Positions 13,301 through 26,100 of a DNA stretch of 64,000 nucleotides are shown here, piece after piece. The notes below the pieces were generated by a model that was not told the DNA's origin, did no database searches, and saw only the letters and a list, made by a program, of their open reading frames with translations. Source of the stretch: the human T2T-CHM13v2.0 reference genome, Homo sapiens. Positions within the stretch are counted from its first letter, which is position 1. Every line of letters begins with the position of its first letter. The stretch lies in the NCBI RefSeq assembly GCF_009914755.1, contig NC_060935.1; one strand, 5' to 3'. The translations under genes and the position numbers were made by a program.

Positions 13301-16000
13301 ATTTCGTTGGAAACGGGATAAACTTCCCAGAACTACACGGAAGCATTGTGAGAAACTTCTTTGTGATGTTTGCATTCAACTCACAGAGTTGAACCTTGCT
13401 TTCATAGTTCAGCTTTCAAACACTCTTTTTGTAGAATCTGCAAGTGCATATTTGGACCACTTTGTGGCCTTCCTTCGAAACGGGTATATGTTCACATCAA
13501 ACCTAGACAGAAGCATTCTCAGAATGTTTCCTGTGAAGACTGCATTCAACTCACAGAGATGAACAATCCTGTTGATGGAGCACTTTGGAAACTCTCTTTC
13601 TTGGGATTCTGCAATTTGATATGTGGACCTCTGTGAAGATTTCTTTGGAAACGTGTTCATCTTCACAGAAAAACTAAACAGAAGCATTCTCAAAAACTAC
13701 TTTGTGATGTTTGTGTTCCACTTCAAGAATTGAACTTTCCTCTTGACAGAGCAGCTCTGAAAACCTCTTTTTCTAGAATCTGCAAGTGGACATTTGGAGG
13801 GCTTTGAGGCCTGTGGTGGAAAAGGAAAATCTTCACATAAAAACTAGATGGAAGCATTCTCAGAAACTACTTTGTGATGATTGCATTCGACTCACAGAGT
13901 TGAACATTCCTATAGATAGAGCAGGTTGTAAACAATCTTTTTGTGGAATCTGCGATTTGACATTTGGACTGCTTTGAGGCCTACTGTAGTAGAGGAAATA
14001 ACTTCATCTAAAAACCAAACGGAAGCATTCACAGACAATTCTTAGTGATCATTGCATTGAACTAACAGAGCTGAACATTCCTTTAGATGGCGCAGTTTCC
14101 AAACACACTTTCTGTAGAATCTGCAAGTGGATATTTGGACCTCTCTGTGGATTTCGTTAGAAACGGGATAAACTTCCCAGAACTACACGGAAGCATGCTG
14201 AGAAACTTCTTTGTGATGTTTGCATTCAACTCACAGAGTTGAACCTTGCTTTCATAGTTCAGCTTTCAAACACTCTTTTTGTAGAATCTGCAAGTGGATA
14301 TTTGGACCACTTTGTGGCCTTCCTTCGAAACGGGTATATCTTCACATCAAACCTAGACAGAAGCATTCTCAGAATGTTTCCTGTGATGACTGCATTCAAC
14401 TCACAGAGGTGAACAATCCTGCTGATGGAGCAATTTTGAAACTCTCTTTCTTTGGATTCTGCAAGTGGATATGTGGACCTCTGTGAAGATTTCGTTGGAA
14501 ACGGGTTCATCTTCACAGAAAAACTAAACAGAAGCATTCTCAGAAACTGCTTTGTGATGTTTGTGTTCCACTTCAGGAATTGAACTTTCCTCTTGACAGA
14601 GCAGCTCTGAAACCCTCTTATTCTAGAATCTGCAAGTGGACATTTGGAGGGCTTTGAGGCCTGTGGTGGAAAAGGAAAATCTTCACATAAAAACTAGATG
14701 GAAGCATTCTCAGAAACTACTTTGTGATGATTGCATTCGACTCACAGAGTTGAACATTCCTATAGATAGAGCAGGTTGTAAACAATCTTTTTCTAGAATC
14801 TGGTATTGGAGATTTGGACTCCTTTGAGGCCTACTGTAGTAAAGGAAATAACTTCATCTAAAAACCAAACGGAAGCATTCACAGACAATTCTCAGGATCA
14901 TTGGATTGAACTAACAGAGCTGAACATTCCTTTAGATGGAGCAGTTTCCAAACACACTTTCTGTAGAATCTGCAAGTGGATATTTGGACTTCTCTGAGAA
15001 TTTCGTTGGAAAAGGGATAAACTTCCCAGAACTACACGGAAGCATTGTGAGAAACTTCTTTGTGATGTTTGCATTCAACTCACAGAGTTGAACCTTGCTT
15101 TCATAGTTCAGCTTTCAAACACTCTTTTTGTAGAATCTGCAAGTGGATATTTGGACCACTTTGTGGCCTTCCTTCGAAACGGGTATATCTTCACATCAAA
15201 CCTAGACAGAAGCATTCTCAGAATGTTTCCTGTGATGACTGCATTCAACTCACAGAGGTGAACAATCCTGCTGATGGAGCAGTTTTGAAACTCTCTTTCT
15301 TTGGATTCTGCATGTGGATATGTTGACCTCTGTGAAGATTTCGTTGGAAACGGGTTCATCTTCACAGAAAAACTAAACAGGAGCATTCTCAGAAACTGCT
15401 TTGTGATGTTTGTGTTCCACTTCAAGAATTGAACTTTCCTCTTGACAGAGCAGCTCTGAAACCCTCTTTTTCTAGAATCTGCAAGTGGACATTTGGAAGG
15501 ATTTGAGGCCTGTGGTGGAAAAGGAAAATCTTCACATAAAAACTAGATGGAAGCATTCTCAGAAACTACTTTGTGATGATTGCATTCGACTCACAGAGTT
15601 GAACATTCCTATAGATAGAGCAGGTTGTAAACAATCTTTTTGTAGAATCTGCGATTGGAGATTTGGACTGCTTTGAGGCCTACTGTAGTAAAGGAAATTA
15701 CTTCATCTAAAAACGAAACGGAAGCATTCACAGACAATTCTTAGTGATCATTGGATTGAACTAACAGAGCTGAACACTCCTTTAGATGGAGCAGTTTCCA
15801 AACCCACTTTCTGTAGAATCTGCAAGTGGATATTTGGACTTCTCTGAGGATTTCGTTGGAAACGGGATAAACTTCCCAGAACTACACGGAAGCATTGTGA
15901 GAAACTTCTTTGTGATGTTTGCATTCAACTCACAGAGTTGAACCTTGTTTTCATAGTTCAGCTTTCAAACACTCTTTTTGTAGAATCTGCAAGTGGATAT
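10387..16000 (+). repeat. 10-HOR super-repeat, truncated copy 1b (about 6.6 HORs)
   Basis: It follows the variant order of 1890-7500 and then switches haplotype between 15949 and 16058. Confidence 0.85.
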
Positions 16001-18034
16001 TTGGACCACTTTGTGGCCTTCCTTCGAAACGGGTATATCTTCACATCAAACCTAGACATAAGCATTCTCAGAATGTTTCCTGTGAAGACTGCATTCAACT
16101 CACAGAGATGAAAAATCCTGTTGATGGAGCACTTTGGAAACTCTCTTTCTTTGGATTCTGCAAGTTGATATGTGGACCTCTGTGAAGATTTCGTTGGAAA
16201 CGGGTTCATCTTCACAGAAAAACTAAACAGAAGCATTCTCAAAAACTACTTTGTGATGTTTGTGTTCCACTTCAAGAATTGAACTTTCCTCTTGACAGAG
16301 CAGTTCTGAAAACCTCTTTTTCTAGAATCTGCAAGTGGACATTTGGAGGGCTTTGAGGCCTGTGGTGGAAAAGGAAAATCTTCACATAAAAACTAGATGG
16401 AAGCATTCTCAGAAACTACTTTGTGATGATTGCATTCGACTCACAGAGTTGAACATTCCTATAGATAGAGCAGGTTGTAAACAATCTTTTTGTAGAATCT
16501 GCGATTGGAGATTCGGACTGCTTTGAGGCCTACTGTAGTAAAGGAAATAACTTCATCTAAAAACCAAACGGAAGCATTCACAGACAATTCTTAGTGATCA
16601 TTGCATTGAACTAACAGAGCTGAACATTCCTTTACATGGCGCAGTTTCCAAACACACTTTCTGTAGAATCTGCAAGTGGATATTTGGACCTCTCTGAGGA
16701 TTTCGTTGGAAACGGGATAAACTTCCCAGAACTACACGGAAGCATGCTGAGAAACTTCTTTGTGATGTTTGCATTCAACTCACAGAGTTGAACCTTGCTT
16801 TCATAGTTCAGCTTTCAAACACTCTTTTTGTAGAATCTGCAAGTGGATATTTGGACCACTTTATGGCCTTCCTTCGAAACGGGTATATCTTCACATCAAA
16901 CCTAGACAGAAGCATTCTCAGAATGTTTCCTGTGAAGACTGCATTCAACTCACAGAGATGAACAATCCTGTTGATGGAGCACTTTGGAAACTCTCTTTCT
17001 TGGGATTCTGCAAGTTGATATGTGGACCTCTGTGAAGATTTCTTTGGAAACGTGTTCATCTTCACAGAAAAACTAAACAGAAGCATTCTCAAAAACTACT
17101 TTGTGATGTTTGTGTTCCACTTCAAGAATTGAACTTTCCTCTTGACAGAGCAGCTCTGAAAACCTCTTTTTCTAGAATCTGCAAGTGGACATTTGGAGGG
17201 CTTTGAGGCCTGTGGTGGAAAAGGAAAATCTTCACATAAAAACTAGATGGAAGCATTCTCAGAAACTACTTTGTGATGATTGCATTCGACTCACAGAGTT
17301 GAACATTCCTATAGATAGAGCAGGTTGTAAACAATCTTTTTGTAGAATCTGCGATTGGAGATTTGGACTGCTTTGAGGCCTACTGTAGTAGAGGAAATAA
17401 CTTCATCTAAAAACCAAACGGAAGCATTCACAGACAATTCTTAGTGATCATTGCATTGAACTAACAGAGCTGAACATTCCTTTAGATGGCGCAGTTTCCA
17501 AACACACTTTCTGTAGAATCTGCAAGTGGATATTTGGACCTCTCTGAGGATTTCGTTAGAAACGGGATAAACTTCCCAGAACTACACGGAAGCATGCTGA
17601 GAAACTTCTTTGTGATGTTTGCATTCAACTCACAGAGTTGAACCTTGCTTTCATAGTTCAGCTTTCAAACACTCTTTTTGTAGAATCTGCAAGTGGATAT
17701 TTGGACCACTTTGTGGCCTTCCTTCGAAACGGGTATATCTTCACATCAAACCTAGACAGAAGCATTCTCAGAATGTTTCCTGTGATGACTGCATTCAACT
17801 CACAGAGGTGAACAATCCTGCTGATGGAGCAATTTTGAAACTCTCTTTCTTTGGATTCTGCAAGTGGATATGTGGACCTCTGTGAAGATTTCGTTGGAAA
17901 CGGGTTCATCTTCACAGAAAAACTAAACAGAAGCATTCTCAGAAACTGCTTTGTGATGTTTGTGTTCCACTTCAGGAATTGAACTTTCCTCTTGACAGAG
18001 CAGCTCTGAAACCCTCTTATTCTAGAATCTGCAA

Positions 18035-21000
18035 GTGGACATTTGGAGGGCTTTGAGGCCTGTGGTGGAAAAGGAAAATCTTCACATAAAAACTAGATGG
18101 AAGCATTCTCAGAAACTACTTTGTGATGATTGCATTCGACTCACAGAGTTGAACATTCCTATAGATAGAGCAGGTTGTAAACAATCTTTTTGTAGAATCT
18201 GCGATTGGAGATTTGGACTGCTTTGAGTCCTACTGTAGTAAAGGAAATAACTTCATCTAAAAACCAAACGGAAGCATTCACAGACAATTCTTAGTGATCA
18301 TTGCATTGAACTAACAGAGCTGAACATTCCTTTAGATGGAGCAGTTTCCAAACACACTTTCTGTAGAACCTGCAAGTGGATATTTGGACCTCTCTGAGGA
18401 TTTCGTTGGAAACGGGATAAACTTCCCAGAACTACACGGAAGCATTGTGAGAAACTTCTTTGTGATGTTTGCATTCAACTCACAGAGTTGAACCTTGCTT
18501 TCATAGTTCAGCTTTCAAACACTCTTTTTGTAGAATCTGCAAGTGGATATTTGGACCACTTTGTGGCCTTCCGTCGAAACGGGTATATCTTCACATCAAA
18601 CCTAGACAGAAGCATTCTCAGAATGTTTCCTGTGATGACTGCATTCAACTCACAGAGGTGAACAATCCTGCTGATGGAGCAGTTTTGAAACTCTCTTTCT
18701 TTGGATTCTGCAAGTGGATATGTGGACCTCTGTGAAGATTTCGTTGGAAACGGGTTCATCTTCACAGAAAAACTAAACAGAAACATTCTCACAAACTGCT
18801 TTGTGATGTTTGTGTTCCACTTCAGGAATTGAACTTTCCTCTTGACAGAGCAGCTCTGAAACCCTCTTATTCTAGAATCTGCAAGTGGACATTTGGAGGG
18901 CTTTGAGGCCTGTGGTGGAAAAGGAAAATCTTCACATAAAAACTAGATGGAAGCATTCTCAGAAACTACTTTGTGATGATTGCATTCGACTCACAGATTT
19001 GAACATTCCTATAGATAGAGCAGGTTGTAAACAATCTTTTTGTAGAATCTGCGATTGGAGATTTGGACTGCTTTGAGGCCTACTGTAGTAAAGGAAATAA
19101 CTTCATCTAAAAACCAAACGGAAGCATTCACAGACAATTCTTAGTGATCATTGGATTGAACTAACAGAGCTGAACGTTCCTTTACATGGCGCAGTTTCCA
19201 AACACACTTTCTGTAGAATCTGCAAGTGGATATTTGGACTTCTCTGAGGATTTCGTTGGAAACGGGATAAACTTCCCAGAACTACACGGAAGCATTGTGA
19301 GAAACTTCTTTGTGATGTTTGCATTCAACCCACAGAGTTGAAACTTGCTTTCATAGTTCAGCTTTCAAACACTCTTTTTGTAGAATCTGCAAGTGGATAT
19401 TTGGACCAATTTTGGGCTTCCTTCGAAACGGGTATATCTTCACATCAAACCTAGACAGAAACATTCTCAGAATGTTTCCTGTGATGACTGCATTCAACTC
19501 ACAGAGGTGAACAATCCTGCTGATGGAGCAGTTTTGAAACTCTCTTTCTTTGGATTCTGCAAGTGGATATGTGGACCTCTGTGAAGATTTAGTTGGAAAC
19601 GTGTTCATCTTCACAGAAAAACTAAACAGGAGCATTCTCAGAAACTGCTTTGTGATGTTTGTGTTCCACTTCAAGAATTGAACTTTCCTCTTGACAGAGC
19701 AGCTCTGAAACCCTATTTTTCTAGAATATGCAAGTGGACATTTGGAGGGCCTTGAGGCCTGTGGTGGAAAAGGAAAATCTTCACATAAAAACTAGATGGA
19801 AGCATTCTCAGAAACTACTTTGTGATGATTGCATTCGACGCACAGAGTTGAACATTCCTATAGATAGAGCAGGTTGTAAACAATCTTTTTGTAGAATCTG
19901 CGATTGGAGATTTGGACTGCTTTGAGGCCTACTGTAGTAAAGGAAATAACTTCATCTAAAAACCAAACGGAAGCATTCACAGACAATTCTTAGTGATCAT
20001 TGCATTGAACTAACAGAGCTGAACATTCCTTTAGATGGAGCAGTTTCCAAACCCACTTTCTGTAGAATCTGCAAGTGGATATTTGGACTTCTCTGAGGAT
20101 TTCGTTGGAAACGGGATAAAATTCCCAGAACTACACGGAAGCATTCTGAGAAACTTCTTTGTAATGTTTGCATTCAACTCACAGAGTTGAACCTTGCTTT
20201 CATAGTTCAGCTTTCAAACACTCTTTTTGTACAATCTGCAAGTGGATATTTGGACCACTTTGTGGCCTTCCTTCGAAACGGGTATATCTTCATATCAAAC
20301 CTAGACAGAAGCATTCTCAGAATGTTTCCTGTGATGACTGCATTCAACTCACAGAGGTGAACAATCCTGCTGATGGAGCAGTTTTGAAACTCTCTTTCTT
20401 TGGATTCTGCAAGTGGATATGTGGACCTCTGTGAAGATTTCGTTGGAAACGGGTTCATCTTCACAGAAAAACTAAACAGGAGCATTCTCAGAAAGTGCTT
20501 TGTGATGTTTGTGTTCCACTTCAGGAATTGAACTTTCCTCTTGACAGAGCAGCTCTGAAACCCTCTTATTCTAGAATCTGCAAGTGGACATTTGGAGGGC
20601 TTTGAGGCCTGTGGTGGAAAAGGAATATCTTCACATAAAAACTAGATGGAAGCATTCTCAGAAACTACTTTGTGATGATTGCATTCGACTCACAGAGTTG
20701 AACATTCCTATAGATAGAGCAGGTTGTAAACAATCTTTTTGTAGAATCTGCGATTGGAGATTTGGACTGCTTTGAGTCCTACTGTAGTAAAGGAAATAAC
20801 TTCATCTAAAAACCAAACGGAAGCATTCACAGACAATTCTTAGTGATCATTGCATTGAACTAACAGAGCTGAACATTCCTTTAGATGGAGCAGTTTCCAA
20901 ACACACTTTCTGTAGAACCTGCAAGTGGATATTTGGACCTCTCTGAGGATTTCGTTGGAAACGGGATAAACTTCCCAGAACTACACGGAAGCATTGTGAG

Positions 21001-23132
21001 AAACTTCTTTGTGATGTTTGCATTCAACTCACAGAGTTGAACCTTGCTTTCATAGTTCAGCTTTCAAACACTCTTTTTGTAGAATCTGCAAGTGGATATT
21101 TGGACCACTTTGTGGCCTTCCGTCGAAACGGGTATATCTTCACATCAAACCTAGACAGAAGCATTCTCAGAATGTTTCCTGTGATGACTGCATTCAACTC
21201 ACAGAGGTGAACAATCCTGCTGATGGAGCAGTTTTGAAACTCTCTTTCTTTGGATTCTGCAAGTGGATATGTGGACCTCTGTGAAGATTTCGTTGGAAAC
21301 GGGTTCATCTTCACAGAAAAACTAAACAGAAACATTCTCACAAACTGCTTTGTGATGTTTGTGTTCCACTTCAGGAATTGAACTTTCCTCTTGAAAGAGC
21401 AGCTCTAAAACCCTCTTATTCTAGAATCTGCAAGTGGACATTTGGAGGGCTTTGAGGCCTGTGGTGGAAAAGGAAAATCTTCACATAAAAACTAGATGGA
21501 AGCATTCTCAGAAACTACTTTGTGATGATTGCATTCGACTCACAGATTTGAACATTCCTATAGATAGAGCAGGTTGTAAACAATCTTTTTGTAGAATCTG
21601 CGATTGGAGATTTGGACTGCTTTGAGGCCTACTGTAGTAAAGGAAATAACTTCATCTAAAAACCAAACGGAAGCATTCACAGACAATTCTTAGTGATCAT
21701 TGGATTGAACTAACAGAGCTGAACGTTCCTTTACATGGCGCAGTTTCCAAACACACTTTCTGTAGAATCTGCAAGTGGATATTTGGACTTCTCTGAGGAT
21801 TTCGTTGGAAACGGGATAAACTTCCCAGAACTACACGGAAGCATTGTGAGAAACTTCTTTGTGATGTTTGCATTCAACCCACAGAGTTGAAACTTGCTTT
21901 CATAGTTCAGCTTTCAAACACTCTTTTTGTAGAATCTGCAAGTGGATATTTGGACCAATTTTGGGCTTCCTTCGAAACGGGTATATCTTCACATCAAACC
22001 TAGACAGAAACATTCTCAGAATGTTTCCTGTGATGACTGCATTCAACTCACAGAGGTGAACAATCCTGCTGATGGAGCAGTTTTGAAACTCTCTTTCTTT
22101 GGATTCTGCAAGTGGATATGTGGACCTCTGTGAAGATTTAGTTGGAAACGTGTTCATCTTCACAGAAAAACTAAACAGGAGCATTCTCAGAAACTGCTTT
22201 GTGATGTTTGTGTTCCACTTCAAGAATTGAACTTTCCTCTTGACAGAGCAGCTCTGAAACCCTATTTTTCTAGAATATGCAAGTGGACATTTGGAGGGCC
22301 TTGAGGCCTGTGGTGGAAAAGGAAAATCTTCACATAAAAACTAGATGGAAGCATTCTCAGAAACTACTTTGTGATGATTGCATTCGACGCACAGAGTTGA
22401 ACATTCCTATAGATAGAGCAGGTTGTAAACAATCTTTTTGTAGAATCTGCGATTGGAGATTTGGACTGCTTTGAGGCCTACTGTAGTAAAGGAAATAACT
22501 TCATCTAAAAACCAAACGGAAGCATTCACAGACAATTCTTAGTGATCATTGCATTGAACTAACAGAGCTGAACATTCCTTTAGATGGAGCAGTTTCCAAA
22601 CCCACTTTCTGTAGAATCTGCAAGTGGATATTTGTACTTCTCTGAGGATTTCGTTGGAAACGGGATAAAATTCCCAGAACTACACGGAAGCATTCTGAGA
22701 AACTTCTTTGTAATGTTTGCATTCAACTCACAGAGTTGAACCTTGCTTTCATAGTTCAGCTTTCAAACACTCTTTTTTTACAATCTGCAAGTGGATATTT
22801 GGACCACTTTGTGGCCTTCCTTCGAAACGGGTATATCTTCATATCAAACCTAGACAGAAGCATTCTCAGAATGTTTCCTGTGATGACTGCATTCAACTCA
22901 CAGAGGTGAACAATCCTGCTGATGGAGCAGTTTTGAAACTCTCTTTCTTTGGATTCTGCAAGTGGATATGTGGACCTCTGTGAAGATTTCGTTGGAAACG
23001 GGTTCATCTTCACAGAAAAACTAAACAGGAGCATTCTCAGAAAGTGCTTTGTGATGTTTGTGTTCCACTTCAGGAATTGAACTTTCCTCTTGACAGAGCA
23101 GCTCTGAAACCCTCTTTTTCTAGAATCTGCAA
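18035..23132 (+). repeat. 3-HOR tandem duplication (period 2,549 bp)
   Basis: Variant HORs pair as 18035/20584 (GAGTCC, AGAACC, CCGTCG), 18885/21434 (1-bp deletion type) and 19734/22283 (AATATGC, GGCCTT). Confidence 0.85.
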
Positions 23133-26100
23133 GTGGACATTTGGAGGGCTTTGAGGCCTGTGGTGGAAAAGGAAAATCTTCACATAAAAACTAGATGGAA
23201 GCATTCTCAGAAACTACTTTGTGATGATTGCATTCGACTCACAGAGTTGAACATTCCTATAGATAGAGCAGGTTGTAAACAATCTTTTTGTAGAATCTGC
23301 GATTGGAGATTTGGACTGCTTTGAGGCCTACTGTAGTAGAGGAAATAACTTCATCTAAAAACCAAACGGAAGCATTCACAGACAATTCTTAGTGATCATT
23401 GCATTGAACTAACAGAGCTGAACATTCCTTTAGATGGAGCAGTTTCCAAACACACTTTCTGTAGAATCTGCAAGTGGATATTTGGACTTCTCTGAGGATT
23501 TCGTTAGAAACGGGATAAACTTCCCAGAACTACACGGAAGCATTCTGAGAAACTTCTTTGTGATGTTTGCATTCAACTCACAGAGTTGAACCTTGCTTTC
23601 ATAGTTCAGCTTTCAAACACTCTTTTTGTAGAATCTGCAAGTGGATATTTGGACCACTTTGTGGCCTTCCTTCGAAACGGGTATATCTTCACATCAAACC
23701 TAGACAGAAGCATTCTCAGAATGTTTCCTGTGATGACTGCATTCAACTCACAGAGGTGAACAATCCTGTTGATGGAGCAGTTTTGAAACTCTCTTTCTTT
23801 GGATTCTGCAAGTTGATATGTGGACCTCTGTGAAGATTTCGTTGGAAACGGGTTCATCTTCACAGAAAAACTAAACAGAATCATTCTCAGAAACTGCTTT
23901 GTGATGTTTGTGTTCCACTTCAAGAATTGAACTTTCCTCTTGACAGAGCAGCTCTGAAACCCTCTTTTTCTAGAATCTGCAAGTGGACATTTGGAGGGCT
24001 TTGAGGTCTGTGGTGGAAAAGGAAAATCTTCACATAAAAACTAGATGGAAGCATTCTCAGAAACTACTTTGTGATGATTGCATTCGACTCACAGAGTTGA
24101 ACATTCCTATAGATAGAGCAGGTTGTAAACAATCTTTTTGTAGAATCTGCGATTGGAGATTTGGACTGCTTTGAGGCCTACTGTAGTAAAGGAAATAACT
24201 TCATCTAAAAACCAAATGGAAGCATTCACAGACAATTCTTAGTGATCATTGCATTGAACTAACAGAGCTGAACATTCCTTTAGATGGAGCAGTTTCCAAA
24301 CACACTTTTTGGAGAATCTGCAAGTGGATATTTGGACTTCTCTGAGGATTTCGTTGGAAACGGGATAAACTTCCCAGAACTACACGGAAGCATTGTGAGA
24401 AACTTCTTTGTGATGTTTGCATTCAACTCACAGAGTTGAACCTTGCTTTCATAGTTCAGCTTTCAAACACTCTTTTTGTAGAATCTGCAAGTGCATATTT
24501 GGACCACTTTGTGGCCTTCCTTCGAAACGGGTATATGTTCACATCAAACATAGACAGAAGCATTCTCAGAATGTTTCCTGTGAAGACTGCATTCAACTCA
24601 CAGAGATGAACAATCCTGTTGATGGAGCACTTTGGAAACTCTCTTTCTTGGGATTCTGCAATTTGATATGTGGACCTCTGTGAAGATTTCTTTGGAAACG
24701 TGTTCATCTTCACAGAAAAACTAAACAGAAGCATTCTCAAAAACTACTTTGTGATGTTTGTGTTCCACTTCAAGAATTGAACTTTCCTCTTGACAGAGCA
24801 GCTCTGAAAACCTCTTTTTCTAGAATCTGCAAGTGGACATTTGGAGGGCTTTGAGGCCTGTGGTGGAAAAGGAAAATCTTCACATAAAAACTAGATGGAA
24901 GCATTCTCAGAAACTACTTTGTGATGATTGCATTCGACTCACAGAGTTGAACATTCCTATAGATAGAGCAGGTTGTAAACAATCTTTTTGTGGAATCTGC
25001 GATTTGAGATTTGGACTGCTTTGAGGCCTACTGTAGTAGAGGAAATAACTTCATCTAAAAACCAAACGGAAGCATTCACAGACAATTCTTAGTGATCATT
25101 GCATTGAACTAACAGAGCTGAACATTCCTTTAGATGGCGCAGTTTCCAAACACACTTTCTGTAGAATCTGCAAGTGGATATTTGGACCTCTCTGTGGATT
25201 TCGTTAGAAACGGGATAAACTTCCCAGAACTACACGGAAGCATGCTGAGAAACTTCTTTGTGATGTTTGCATTCAACTCACAGAGTTGAACCTTGCTTTC
25301 ATAGTTCAGCTTTCAAACACTCTTTTTGTAGAATCTGCAAGTGGATATTTGGACCACTTTGTGGCCTTCCTTCGAAACGGGTATATCTTCACATCAAACC
25401 TAGACAGAAGCATTCTCAGAATGTTTCCTGTGATGACTGCATTCAACTCACAGAGGTGAACAATCCTGCTGATGGAGCAATTTTGAAACTCTCTTTCTTT
25501 GGATTCTGCAAGTGGATATGTGGACCTCTGTGAAGATTTCGTTGGAAACGGGTTCATCTTCACAGAAAAACTAAACAGAAGCATTCTCAGAAACTGCTTT
25601 GTGATGTTTGTGTTCCACTTCAGGAATTGAACTTTCCTCTTGACAGAGCAGCTCTGAAACCCTCTTATTCTAGAATCTGCAAGTGGACATTTGGAGGGCT
25701 TTGAGGCCTGTGGTGGAAAAGGAAAATCTTCACATAAAAACTAGATGGAAGCATTCTCAGAAACTACTTTGTGATGATTGCATTCGACTCACAGAGTTGA
25801 ACATTCCTATAGATAGAGCAGGTTGTAAACAATCTTTTTCTAGAATCTGCTATTGGAGATTTGGACTCCTTTGAGGCCTACTGTAGTAAAGGAAATAACT
25901 TCATCTAAAAACCAAACGGAAGCATTCACAGACAATTCTCAGGATCATTGGATTGAACTAACAGAGCTGAACATTCCTTTAGATGGAGCAGTTTCCAAAC
26001 ACACTTTCTGTAGAATCTGCAAGTGGATATTTGGACTTCTCTGAGAATTTCGTTGGAAAAGGGATAAACTTCCCAGAACTACACGGAAGCATTGTGAGAA

